From: Hyphomicrobiales bacterium
Lineage (GTDB): Bacteria > Pseudomonadota > Alphaproteobacteria > Rhizobiales > JAJFHC01
Reading direction: 5' to 3'
Assembly: GCA_965227875.1 (NCBI GenBank)
Contig: OZ245783.1
Span: forward strand, 983,750 to 1,047,749
Length of the DNA: 64,000 nt
Positions 19,674 to 28,893 of this stretch are shown here, piece after piece. The number at the start of each line of letters is the position of its first letter. The first letter of the stretch is position 1. The notes under the pieces are model-generated. The model ran no database searches. It was given only the letters and a program-made list of their open reading frames with translations, and was not told the DNA's origin. The translations under genes were made by a program, and so were the position numbers.

Positions 19674-20546
19674 CTATCCGGCCCTGGCGGACAGCCGCGG
19701 CAGGGGGCGGCTGGGCGCCATCTCCACACCGTCAGGATCCGGCAGGGTGATCAGGCTGCGCTGTCCGGGAACAGGCTTCAGCCGGTCCGACAGGCCCATG
19801 ATCGTCTCCGCGGCGCCGAGCACCATGTAGGCGCCGGGGTTCATCTGCGCGGCGACCCGCGCCAGCACGTCGCGTTTCGTCGCCTCATCGAAGTAGATCA
19901 GGACGTTGCGGCAGAACACGATGTCGAACTTGCCCATGCGTGACAGGCTTTCGAGCAGGTTGCTGTATTCGAATTTCACCGCCGAGCGCACCGCCTCGTT
20001 GACCTGCCACTGGTCACCCGTCTGTTTGAAATACTTCATCAGCAGCGTTATCGGCAGGCCGCGCTGCACCTCGAACTGGCTGTAGATGCCGCTGCGGGCG
20101 CGCTCGATCACCTTGGTGGATATGTCCGTCGCCACGATCTCAAAGCGCACGTTCCCGAGCTTCGCGCGCATCTCGTTCAGCAGGATTGCGATCGAGTAGG
20201 GTTCCTGGCCGGTCGACGCGGCACAGCACCATATCCTCAGGTGCGACGGCGCCGGGGATCGGGAGAGAAGCTGCGGCAGCATGTAGTCCCGCATCGTGTC
20301 GAAGGGGAGCTTGTCGCGGAAGAAGAAGGACTCGTTGGTGGTCATGGCCTCGACCACCTCGGCCTCGAGCTTGCGGTCGGCGCCGCGCCGGAGCAAGCCG
20401 ACCAGTTCGGTCATGCCGTCCAGTTCGCGGTCGCGGATGATCGGACCCAGCCGGCTCTGGACGAGATATTCCTTGTTGTCGGGAAGGGCGAGGCCGGATC
20501 TTTCCTTCAGGTACCCCGAAATGAATGCATATTCGCTCGGCGTCAT
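19674..20546 (-). CDS. cheR: chemotaxis protein methyltransferase CheR
   Basis: 290 aa with TTNESFFFRD and IWCCAASTGQEPYSIAILL (SAM-binding) motifs. 4-nt overlap with cheB. Confidence 0.93.
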   Translation of the reverse strand: MTPSEYAFISGYLKERSGLALPDNKEYLVQSRLGPIIRDRELDGMTELVGLLRRGADRKLEAEVVEAMTTNESFFFRDKLPFDTMRDYMLPQLLSRSPAPSHLRIWCCAASTGQEPYSIAILLNEMRAKLGNVRFEIVATDISTKVIERARSGIYSQFEVQRGLPITLLMKYFKQTGDQWQVNEAVRSAVKFEYSNLLESLSRMGKFDIVFCRNVLIYFDEATKRDVLARVAAQMNPGAYMVLGAAETIMGLSDRLKPVPGQRSLITLPDPDGVEMAPSRPLPRLSARAG

Positions 20547-21790
20547 CGTCCCCTATCCCCCGATATGAGTTTGACGATTGTTGATGCTATGTCGGGGACA
20601 GGCTGGACCGCGGCACAGAGTCCCGCCCGCGCCACGGCGCCCGGCATTCCCCAGACCACGCTGCTGGCCTCGTCCTGGGCGAGAACCGCACCGCCGCGGT
20701 CGACGATCGCCCGTGTTCCGTCGAGACCGTCCTGGCCCATCCCCGTCAGGATCACACCAAGCGTCGACGCTCCGAAAATTTCAGCCGCACTTTCGAACAT
20801 GGGATCGACCGCCGGCTTGCAGAAGTTGACCGGTGGTCCGTCATTGAGCTTGAAGACCACCTTGTCGCCCTGCTTGACCATCGTGAGGTGGCAGCCTCCG
20901 CGCGCGACGTAGACCCGACCGGCCACCGCGACATCGCCGTCCTCGGGACGGTCGCAATGCCGACCGGACTTCCGGGCGATGTGTTCTGCGAGCAGCGCGG
21001 TGAACGAATCCGGCATGTGCTGGACGATGACCACCGGCACGTGGTTCAGGACGGGGTTGGAAAGCGAGACCAGGTCCAGAAGGGCCGGAGGACCGCCCGT
21101 GGAACTGCCCACGACCAGTATAGACGGCTTGTATCGCGAGAACGGTTTGAGTTCGAGTTCCGCGCCGGCGGCAGGTTTTGGAGCCGCGGTTGCGCGGCGG
21201 GTCATCGCTGGGGCGGGGGCAGGTGCACGCACTGCGCGCGCCGTTGCGGGTGCATGCGCTGCGGGCGGACGTGCCGGGCGCGCGGCGGCGGGCGACGGAG
21301 ACGCGGCGGGGCCGGTCCCGCGGCCGGACTTGATCCTTCGCTGCGCAAGCGTCTGCACGCAATCGGTCAGGGAGGCCCTGAACACCCGCGAAGACTCGAC
21401 GTTGGAGACCGTTTCCGGGCGTGTCACGATGCCCTTGGCTCCCATCTGGCGGGCCTTCATGGCCAGGCTTTCAGCGTCCGCCACACGCGGTGCGACCACC
21501 AGGACGTCGACGTCGGGATGGGCCGACCGCATGGACTGCAGCACCGAGAATCCGTCGGTGTCGGTGGTGGCCAGATCGAGAATGACGATACCGGGGTTCT
21601 GCGTACTCATCGCACGCATTGCCGACTCGGCCCGTGAGTGCGTCGTCACGTCACCGATTTCGGGCAGTTCCGAGAGCCAGCGCGATGCAAGGCCCCTCAG
21701 CACGAGGGAATGGTCGACGACCATGATCCGGACGCTGTCCGCATTTCCCCCGCTTGCCGGAGGCGCAAATGTACGCGCGGCTGATGACAC
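20543..21790 (-). CDS. cheB: protein-glutamate methylesterase/glutaminase CheB
   Basis: Receiver (IMVVDHSLVLRG...VILDLATTDTDGF), then an Ala/Pro-rich linker, then the esterase domain (VVGSSTGGPPAL...GMGQDG). The track ORF (to 22069) overlaps cheY. I prefer GTG 21790 (AAGGGGA 5 nt upstream), and ATG 21724 is an alternative. Confidence 0.88.
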   Translation of the reverse strand: MSSAARTFAPPASGGNADSVRIMVVDHSLVLRGLASRWLSELPEIGDVTTHSRAESAMRAMSTQNPGIVILDLATTDTDGFSVLQSMRSAHPDVDVLVVAPRVADAESLAMKARQMGAKGIVTRPETVSNVESSRVFRASLTDCVQTLAQRRIKSGRGTGPAASPSPAAARPARPPAAHAPATARAVRAPAPAPAMTRRATAAPKPAAGAELELKPFSRYKPSILVVGSSTGGPPALLDLVSLSNPVLNHVPVVIVQHMPDSFTALLAEHIARKSGRHCDRPEDGDVAVAGRVYVARGGCHLTMVKQGDKVVFKLNDGPPVNFCKPAVDPMFESAAEIFGASTLGVILTGMGQDGLDGTRAIVDRGGAVLAQDEASSVVWGMPGAVARAGLCAAVQPVPDIASTIVKLISGDRGR

Positions 21791-21807
21791 TCGGTTCCCC
21801 TTCGGCC

Positions 21808-22173
21808 TCAGAGGAGGCCGACTTCCTGAAACTTGGCTTCGATGATGTCCCTGTCGAAAGGCTTCATCACGTATTCGTCTGCACCCGCGTTGATCGCGCG
21901 GGATATGTGGTCGATGTCGTTCTCCGTCGTGCAGAACACGACCACGGGGCGGTCGCCGCCCTGCTCTTCGCGAAGCGCCGAAAGGAAATCGAGACCGTTC
22001 ATGACCGGCATGTTCCAGTCCAGAAGGATCGCGTCCGGCATGCTCGAACGGCACCGTTCCAGAGCGCACTTGCCGTCCTCGGCCTCGCTTATCTCGAAAC
22101 TCAGTTGTTCGAGAATCTGCCTCGCCACCTTACGGATCACACGGCTATCGTCGACAACCAGACAACTCTTCAT
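21808..22173 (-). CDS. cheY: chemotaxis response regulator CheY
   Basis: 121 aa: MKSCLVVDDSRVIRKVARQILE...ILLDWNMPVMNGLDFL...ADEYVMKPF. The track ORF was trimmed to ATG 22173. Confidence 0.9.
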   Translation of the reverse strand: MKSCLVVDDSRVIRKVARQILEQLSFEISEAEDGKCALERCRSSMPDAILLDWNMPVMNGLDFLSALREEQGGDRPVVVFCTTENDIDHISRAINAGADEYVMKPFDRDIIEAKFQEVGLL

Positions 22174-22208
22174 GATCGGCCTTTCCGCATGTTTTTTTCC
22201 CGCAATCG

Positions 22209-22694
22209 TCAGGCGGCACGACTTTCCGTCTCGGAGTAGAAGATGCTCTCCGGATCGAGGATCATCATCAGCCGGTCTTCCAGCTGCACCACACCGACGC
22301 AAACCTGCTTCCACGTCTGGTCGAGATGGGACGGGACGGTTTCCACCTTGGACCCTTCCGGCAGGATCACGTCGCCGACGGCGTCGACCATCAGCGCGTA
22401 GGTGCCTGCCTCCCGGCGAAGGCCGATCGCCATCGGCTTCTCGACCGCCTTGTGGGGTATGCCGAGCCTTGCGCAGATATCGATCAGGGTCACCAGCCGA
22501 CCGCGCAGGTTGAGCACGCCGACGACCTCACGCGGCGCCATCGGAACCTGCGTGACCATTTCCGGTTCGAAAACATCCTCGACGTCGCCGATCGGCAGTC
22601 CGAAGAGCTGGTCCTGAATGGACACCGTCACGTATTCGCCGTCATAGGCCGTGAGGTCCACAGACGTGGTGTTGGAGGTGTTGTCCGCGCTCAT
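22209..22694 (-). CDS. cheW: chemotaxis coupling protein CheW
   Basis: 161 aa with YVTVSIQDQLFGLPIGDVEDVF...VVGVLNLRGRLVTLIDI. 4-nt overlap with the cheA stop. Confidence 0.92.
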   Translation of the reverse strand: MSADNTSNTTSVDLTAYDGEYVTVSIQDQLFGLPIGDVEDVFEPEMVTQVPMAPREVVGVLNLRGRLVTLIDICARLGIPHKAVEKPMAIGLRREAGTYALMVDAVGDVILPEGSKVETVPSHLDQTWKQVCVGVVQLEDRLMMILDPESIFYSETESRAA

Positions 22695-25522
22695 GCCGCC
22701 ATCCCCATGTAACCGACGTGATTTTCAAGCACGTCCAGAAGTTTCATCCGGTCGAATTTCGCCACGTGGTCGCAGAAGCCGGCCCGGATGGAACGCTCCA
22801 CGACGTCCTGGCCGGAATGGCCCGAAAGTGCGATGCACTTGGACTCGGGCCAGAGCTTGCCTTCCTGGATCGCCGCGATGAAGGCGAAGCCGTCCATGTC
22901 CGGCATCTCGAGGTCACTGGCGACGAAATCGAACGTCTGGCCCCGGCGCGCGAGTTCGATCGCCTCCTTGCCGGACCCGACCGCGGTGACGTGGAAGCCG
23001 TGCGCTGACAGGAACGGCGTCAGCATGTTCCGGAAGAACGCACTGTCGTCGACGAGAAGCACCGTCGTCTCCACCTCGAAGATGCTGCTGTCCTCGGCCG
23101 GCTGAAGCGTCTCTGGCATGTAGTGCGCGAGGTCGAGAATCTCGGTCACCTTGCCCGAGATCACGGCGGAGCCAATAACACCGGTGCTCGACGAATGCGG
23201 ATCGATATGCAGCGGTTCCTCCACCACGTCGACGATTTCGTCCACGACGAGACCGGTATGACGGCCGCCATGTTCTATGACGATCACGGGACGGGCGCCT
23301 TCCGCACCCGGGACATCCAGGTGGATCAGCGGCATGAGCGAGTCGCGGTACTGCACCACGTCACGGTCGGCCGAGTGCTCGACCACGGACATGTCGAGTT
23401 CCTCGAGACGGTTGATGAGCGCCAGAGGCAATGCCTTGGGATCGTCGGAGCCTGCCCTGAACAGCAGCATGGCGACCGAATCCTCGCTCGATTCGAACTG
23501 CTCAGACGCACCGGTCATCGCCGCGTCCAGCCCCACGGTCGCGCGCATGTCGCCCAGTTCGGCGACACCGGTCGGATCGATGATCATCACGACGCTGCCG
23601 TCACCGAGAATCGTGTTTCCGGAGAAGGCCTTGACGTTCTTCAGGAGGCCCGACAGCGGTTTCACGACGATTTCCTCTGTGTCGTAGACCGCATCGGCGA
23701 CCATGCCGAACTCGAACCCGCCGATACGCAACACCGCCACGAATTCATTGGCTTCGAGCGTCTCCTCGGACTCTTCTTCACCCTCGCCGGCGGGTTTCGC
23801 CGGAGCGTCGGACGCGGTTCCGAACATTTCCGCCAGCCGGACGAGCGGCAGCAGACGGCCCCGCAGCCGCAGGATGGGAGAGCCGTTGACCATCTCAACC
23901 TTGTGTTCGTCGCCGGAACGGACCCGCACGAGTTCGATGATGTTGAGCTGGGGCAATGCGAATTTCTGTCCGCCCGCGCCGATGATGAGCGCCGGAACGA
24001 TGGCCAGGGTGAGCGGAATCTGGATCGTGAATTTCGAACCCTCGCCGGGCACGGAAATCACGTCGACGGCCCCGCCGATCACCTCGATGTTGGACCGCAC
24101 CACATCCATCCCGACGCCTCGGCCGGAAACGTTCGTGACCTTGTCCGCGGTCGAAAGGCCGGCTTCGAAGATCAGGCGATGCACCTGTGCATCGTTCATG
24201 GCCTCCACATCGGCCGCCGTCGCGAACCCGTTTTCGATCGCTTTCTGGCGGATCCGCTCGGCGTCGAGCCCCTTGCCGTCGTCGGAGATCTCGATGACGA
24301 TGTGGCCGCCTTCGTGGCGCGCGGATAGAAGCACCCTGCCCGTCGCCGGCTTGCCGGCGGCAAGACGCTCGTCGGTCGTCTCGAGGCCGTGGTCGGCGGC
24401 ATTCCGGACCATGTGGGTGAGCGGATCCTGGATCATTTCCAGCACCTGCCGGTCCAGTTCCGTATCCTCGCCGATCATCTCCAGCTCGATCTGCTTGTCC
24501 AGATCGTTGGCCAGCGTACGAATGATCCGGGGCAGCTTCTGCCATGCATTGCCGATCGGCTGCATGCGCGTCTGCATGACCCTTTCCTGAAGTTCCGCCG
24601 TTACGCTCGACAGGCGCTGCAGGGGTGCCTGCAGGGCGCCGTCCTGCACGTGGCGGCCGATCTCCAGAAGCTGGTTGCGGGCGAGCACAAGCTCGCTCAC
24701 GGTGGTCATCAGCTTCTCGAGGGTGTCGACATTGACCCTGATGGATTTCGACCGCACGTCGCGCTGCTGCTGCGGCTGGTCGCCGCCCCGGGCGGCTTCC
24801 GCCGCCGGTTTCGGATCGGCTGCCTTCGCCTCGGTTTCCCTGGGGACAGGCCGGTCATTGGCCGGCGCTTCAGCGGTCTGCGCGCCGTCGTCCGAACTCT
24901 CGTCCGCCTGGGCCTTGCTGGCGGCAATCGCATCGCGCAACGCCTCGTTGGCGTCGGGAATGAACACGTCCGACTCCGCTGCCGCGAAAATCGCATCGAG
25001 TTCATCGAGGCTCGGTTCCTCGATCAGGGCGGGCGCGCCGTCGCCACCGCCGGTTTCGGGCTCCACGGCCGCTTGTGGCTCGGGCTCGGGTTCCGGTTCG
25101 GGCTCAGGCTCTGGTTCCGGCTCGGCAACGCTTTGCCCTGTCGCCGATTCACCGGCGGAAAGCCGTGCGAGCTGGCTGATCAGATCCTCGTCGGATCCTT
25201 CCGGCTCGTGCTGATTGACCTCGAGATCGGCAAGGATCTGCTTGATCCGGTCGATCGAGGCCAGGATGACCGTCACGGCTTCCTTCGTGACGGGCGCCCC
25301 TTCCCGGAACCGGCCCATCAGGTTCTCCGCCGCGTGGGCAACCGACTCCAGCCGCGTCAGACCGAGAAAACCGCAGGTCCCCTTGATCGTGTGTACAAGC
25401 CTGAAGATATTGTCCAGAATCTCGTCATTGTTCGGATCCTGCTCGAATTTCACGAGCTGGACATCGACGACATCGAGACTTTCCTCGGTCTCCGCAAGAA
25501 AATCACCGAGAAGATCGTCCAT
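22691..25522 (-). CDS. cheA: hybrid chemotaxis histidine kinase CheA with C-terminal receiver domain
   Basis: Hpt/P1 LFRLVHTIKGTCGFLG, an (EP)8 linker, the dimerisation and HATPase regions (HMVRNAADHG...SGRGVGMDVV), a CheW-like P5, then a receiver VLLVDDSAFFRN...FVASDLEMPDMDG...IALSG...HVAKF with all conserved receiver residues. Start trimmed to MDDLLGDF (25522). Confidence 0.93.
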   Translation of the reverse strand: MDDLLGDFLAETEESLDVVDVQLVKFEQDPNNDEILDNIFRLVHTIKGTCGFLGLTRLESVAHAAENLMGRFREGAPVTKEAVTVILASIDRIKQILADLEVNQHEPEGSDEDLISQLARLSAGESATGQSVAEPEPEPEPEPEPEPEPQAAVEPETGGGDGAPALIEEPSLDELDAIFAAAESDVFIPDANEALRDAIAASKAQADESSDDGAQTAEAPANDRPVPRETEAKAADPKPAAEAARGGDQPQQQRDVRSKSIRVNVDTLEKLMTTVSELVLARNQLLEIGRHVQDGALQAPLQRLSSVTAELQERVMQTRMQPIGNAWQKLPRIIRTLANDLDKQIELEMIGEDTELDRQVLEMIQDPLTHMVRNAADHGLETTDERLAAGKPATGRVLLSARHEGGHIVIEISDDGKGLDAERIRQKAIENGFATAADVEAMNDAQVHRLIFEAGLSTADKVTNVSGRGVGMDVVRSNIEVIGGAVDVISVPGEGSKFTIQIPLTLAIVPALIIGAGGQKFALPQLNIIELVRVRSGDEHKVEMVNGSPILRLRGRLLPLVRLAEMFGTASDAPAKPAGEGEEESEETLEANEFVAVLRIGGFEFGMVADAVYDTEEIVVKPLSGLLKNVKAFSGNTILGDGSVVMIIDPTGVAELGDMRATVGLDAAMTGASEQFESSEDSVAMLLFRAGSDDPKALPLALINRLEELDMSVVEHSADRDVVQYRDSLMPLIHLDVPGAEGARPVIVIEHGGRHTGLVVDEIVDVVEEPLHIDPHSSSTGVIGSAVISGKVTEILDLAHYMPETLQPAEDSSIFEVETTVLLVDDSAFFRNMLTPFLSAHGFHVTAVGSGKEAIELARRGQTFDFVASDLEMPDMDGFAFIAAIQEGKLWPESKCIALSGHSGQDVVERSIRAGFCDHVAKFDRMKLLDVLENHVGYMGMAA

Positions 25523-25681
25523 GCTTTCGCCCCTCCTAACCACTTTTGAGCAGTCATCCTGCATCGAGTGGAGAGAATTGCCCGGAAAGAGTTAAAATTC
25601 CTTTTCGGGCCGGAGCGATTCCGGGACGTCAACGATTAAGGATTGTCGAAAAACTGCACTGGAGGGCGGTAAACGGCAGGA

Positions 25682-26311
25682 TCAGCCCGGCTTGGCGGCA
25701 ACGACGGTCTCGCCTTCCGAGGCACTAACCGTAAGTTGCAGGCCGGCCTGCTGGGCAACCTGACCCGTGTAGTAGATCTGGACCGAACGTGGATCTATGT
25801 CCTCGCCGGCGCTGCCACCGTCGAGGAGTTCGTGCGTACCGGCCGGGATGTTGGCCGCATCGCCGCGACAGGAGACCGACAGTTGAGGGCCGTCGATCTC
25901 CACGGCAAGTGTGCCGCCGCGAGGTATGGTCGTCAGTCCGACCAGCACCATGTTGAGCAGCAGCTTGACCTCGTTCTTGGGACGGGTTTCGCGCGGCCCC
26001 GTCCAGCTCAGCGTCACTTTCTCGTTGCCGATGAAGCCCTCCGTCACGTCCTGCGCATCGCCAAGGTCGATCGACGCGCCGGCCGATCCGGCCGCACCGA
26101 ACGCAAGCCGGGCGAACTGCAGCTTCGCCGAGGCCTGTTTCGCGCTCTTCTTGATGAGATCGAGGGCGAAACCGCGCATCTGCTCGTCGGTCTCGTCTTC
26201 CAGGACCTCCAGACCGTTGGTGATCGCGCCCACCGGGCTGATCACGTCGTGACACACGCGGCTGCACATCAGCGCGGAAAGGTCTAGGGCGTCGAGCGGC
26301 GATCCGGACAT
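25682..26311 (-). CDS. chpT: histidine phosphotransferase ChpT
   Basis: 210 aa: LSALMCSRVCHDVISPVGAITNGLEVLEDETDEQMRGFALDLIKKSAKQASAKLQFARLAFGAAGS, matching the ChpT LxxRxCHDxxSPxxAxxxGLELL signature. GGGAA RBS before ATG 26311. Confidence 0.85.
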   Translation of the reverse strand: MSGSPLDALDLSALMCSRVCHDVISPVGAITNGLEVLEDETDEQMRGFALDLIKKSAKQASAKLQFARLAFGAAGSAGASIDLGDAQDVTEGFIGNEKVTLSWTGPRETRPKNEVKLLLNMVLVGLTTIPRGGTLAVEIDGPQLSVSCRGDAANIPAGTHELLDGGSAGEDIDPRSVQIYYTGQVAQQAGLQLTVSASEGETVVAAKPG

Positions 26312-26471
26312 GGCATGTTCCCTGAATTCTTCGATCCATCGCTGATACAATGGACCGGCAGGAAAACCAAGCCACACCGCCGAATACCGATAAGTTATTG
26401 ATTCAGAAGGTTTTACCACCTCACCATTCATACGCCGATACCAGCCCGGACATGAAAAGCGGTCGCGCGAA

Positions 26472-28136
26472 TCAGGTGTCGGAAGGTCGTTGGTGCGTGG
26501 CGGGAAGATCAGGCATGGCGGTGGCGGCCGAGGTGACTTTCGAAGCCCGGTCGGTCAGGAACCCGGTGATGCGGGTGACGAACTCCCGTGTCGTCGCTGC
26601 CAGCCTGTCGGTAAAACTGTCCTCGTGCAGGTCCTCGGCTGCCAGTTCGTTGGCCAGTTTGCGTTCAGCCATTATCTGGGCGAGTTGTTCGGCAAGGGCC
26701 GGACGGACCGACAGGACCTGAACCATCGCCGACTTGGGGATCTCGAGCACACGGGTCCGGGTGTGCGCGGCAACGCTCGCCGACCGCCGCTCCCCGGTCA
26801 GCAGCGACATCTCGCCGAAGAAGCTGCCTGCAAGCAGGCGCGCGTACTCGACTTCCGGCTGTCCGTCATGGGCTGGCTGGAAAACACGGACCATTCCGTT
26901 GAGGATGACGAAAAAGGAGTCTCCCTCCTCCCCCGCATTCACGATGAGGCCTCTTTCCGGGTAGTCGTCGATGCTGCCCGAATCGAAGAGAAGTCTGCGC
27001 TCGTCATTGGTCAGGGGTGCCAGCAGGGGCACGTTCTCGATCGCCTTGACGCTGGCCGCGGCTTTGAATTCACGTTTCGGCGCCCACCGGAAATCGATCT
27101 GTTGCGTATCTGCGGCGATCTCGGCCCCCGCCGCGCCGAGCCGGCGCCAGGCCTCGAACAGAAAGGATTCCCGAACCGCCGGATGAGCGCCGTAGTCCGA
27201 GCAGTGGATAAGAGCCACATAACGAACCGGGCGGCGTTCGCCATCCGCCAGACGCACGATCGGCGCCGGCGTGTTCTCCACACCGGTGGCAGCGAGAGCG
27301 GCGTCGACGAGCAGCCCTCTCACTTCCCAAGGCGGAAGATCTGCCGAGATGGAAACGAACACCTTCAGGCAATAGGTCGGCCCCGGTTTGCTGAGATTGT
27401 GGATCGGGGTGTTCGCGATCTTGTTGTTCGGAATGACGTGTGTGGTGTCCGACAGGGTTCTCAGCATGGTGGCACGCCAGTCGATCGACACGACCTTGCC
27501 GCAGACATCGTCATCCGTCTCTATCCAGTCGCCAACTCCGAACGGCCTTTCGATGGCGATCGCGATACCCGAGATGATGTCCGTAAGCGTCGACTGGAAC
27601 GCAAGGCCAAGGATACCGAACGCAATGCCGGACGAGACCAGAAGGCCGGTGACCGGCTGCTCGAACACGAATGCGAGAATGCCGTAGAAACCGGTCAGGT
27701 AGATGAAGAACGACGCGAGGTTCCGGACAATCCCGGGCACCGTCGCCGCATAGCCGTGCAGGATGCCTTCCCAGACGAAAAGCGTAAGAGCGCGGTTGAC
27801 GAGATAGGCGATGACAAGCGTCAGGACGACGCCTTTCACTTCCTGCAGGCGACTGAACCAGACATCGGGTGGCTGCAAACCGAAAACCGCGCCCACCACG
27901 ACAGAGACATACAGGATGGCAAACGGAAGAACACAAGCCTCCGCCACCCAGAAGAGCCGCGTCTCGCGAACGGCCGCCGGGAAACTCTTGAGCGCGACAA
28001 CAAGAACGACAAAGACCATCAGGCCGACGAAAAAAGCCAGCACCCACTGCGACAGCAGTGTCACCAGCGTTTCGTTGAAACTCGCCGAGACAGACTCCAG
28101 CATGCGATCCCCCCAGCCCCCGCTGCCATGGACCAC
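26472..28136 (-). CDS. MscS-family mechanosensitive channel fused to a cyclic-nucleotide-binding domain
   Basis: Multiple N-terminal TM segments, an MscS core (ISGIAIAIERPFGVGDWIE...VVSIDWRATMLRT) and a C-terminal cNMP-binding fold (GEEGDSFFVILNGMVRV...FFGEMSLLTGERRSASV). The exact start is uncertain; MLESV at ~28103 is possible. Confidence 0.85.
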   Translation of the reverse strand: MVHGSGGWGDRMLESVSASFNETLVTLLSQWVLAFFVGLMVFVVLVVALKSFPAAVRETRLFWVAEACVLPFAILYVSVVVGAVFGLQPPDVWFSRLQEVKGVVLTLVIAYLVNRALTLFVWEGILHGYAATVPGIVRNLASFFIYLTGFYGILAFVFEQPVTGLLVSSGIAFGILGLAFQSTLTDIISGIAIAIERPFGVGDWIETDDDVCGKVVSIDWRATMLRTLSDTTHVIPNNKIANTPIHNLSKPGPTYCLKVFVSISADLPPWEVRGLLVDAALAATGVENTPAPIVRLADGERRPVRYVALIHCSDYGAHPAVRESFLFEAWRRLGAAGAEIAADTQQIDFRWAPKREFKAAASVKAIENVPLLAPLTNDERRLLFDSGSIDDYPERGLIVNAGEEGDSFFVILNGMVRVFQPAHDGQPEVEYARLLAGSFFGEMSLLTGERRSASVAAHTRTRVLEIPKSAMVQVLSVRPALAEQLAQIMAERKLANELAAEDLHEDSFTDRLAATTREFVTRITGFLTDRASKVTSAATAMPDLPATHQRPSDT

Positions 28137-28220
28137 AGTATCAGGACAAGTTCAACAAAAGGGGAAAGTTTGGCTTAATCGGGAAACGCGCGATTGTGCG
28201 CAACCACCTCGGAGCCGCCG

Positions 28221-28745
28221 CTACCGGCTGAGCTGTTTCTGAACCTGGGGCCAGCGCGAGGCGGCCTGTCTGGTCCAGCGCTTGCGGTCCGCCTTCCATG
28301 TCTCGAGTGCTTCGAGCGAGTGAAAGAAATAGAGCTTGCCGTCGAAAAGCGACCACAGTTCGGGATTGCCGCTCGCCGGCCATCCCTTGGCGATGGACAC
28401 CACGCCATGCCCGCCGAACTGTGGCGCGTAGACGTCCGCGTCGCGGCGGAACACCACGGCATTGCCCTCGTTGGTGAATCTCCAGGTAACGCCGCCCCAG
28501 GTCACCTCGTGTTCCGCCCTGCCCAGGCGCGGCTTTCCGTCGACGAAATAGGAAAGCGGGTCGTATCCCGAAAGGGCGATCCCGGATACCGGGTCGGTCC
28601 AGATCCGCTCCATTGTCGAGGCCTGGGCCCGGCCCCAGGGTGACGAGACGAATGCCAGGACGCAGAGCAGCATGGCCAGCCCCGTCAGGAGCACAACTGC
28701 CGAATTTGGCTGCGAATCGACGGTCAGGGGCCTATTCTTCGACAT
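28221..28745 (-). CDS. YHS-domain-like exported protein
   Basis: A signal/TM segment is followed by DPVSGIALSGYDPLSYFVDGKPRLG...WRFTNEGN...FF, which resembles YHS-domain proteins. Confidence 0.6.
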   Translation of the reverse strand: MSKNRPLTVDSQPNSAVVLLTGLAMLLCVLAFVSSPWGRAQASTMERIWTDPVSGIALSGYDPLSYFVDGKPRLGRAEHEVTWGGVTWRFTNEGNAVVFRRDADVYAPQFGGHGVVSIAKGWPASGNPELWSLFDGKLYFFHSLEALETWKADRKRWTRQAASRWPQVQKQLSR

Positions 28746-28893
28746 AATTCGTTCTCATTTCGGTGCGCATGGTGGGCCGACGCGCAGTGGAACCTTCCAG
28801 TTGGCGCGACGGTACCCCAAAGACGTAAACATCCAGCAAACCCGACGACGGGACCGATCCGTACGGCACCCGTCACGAGCGGAGACATCGACC

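Noticed and set aside
21724-22069. N-terminal extensions of track ORFs: cheB to 22069, cheY to 22314, yajQ to 16579, chpT to 26431, cheA to 25564, rluD from 31079, DUF1134 from 28672, porins to 45243/46098, ftsH to 58565, tilS to 59943, tolB to 62973, pal to 61403
   Set aside because: The longest-ORF starts overlap upstream genes or add non-homologous Arg/Pro-rich leaders. Internal starts with Shine-Dalgarno-like sequences reproduce the expected family N-termini.
26312-26471. TGGCTT-GGTTTTCC-TGC on the minus strand upstream of chpT as a sigma-54 promoter
   Set aside because: The GG to GC spacing is 12, not 10, and there is no TTGC -12 element.
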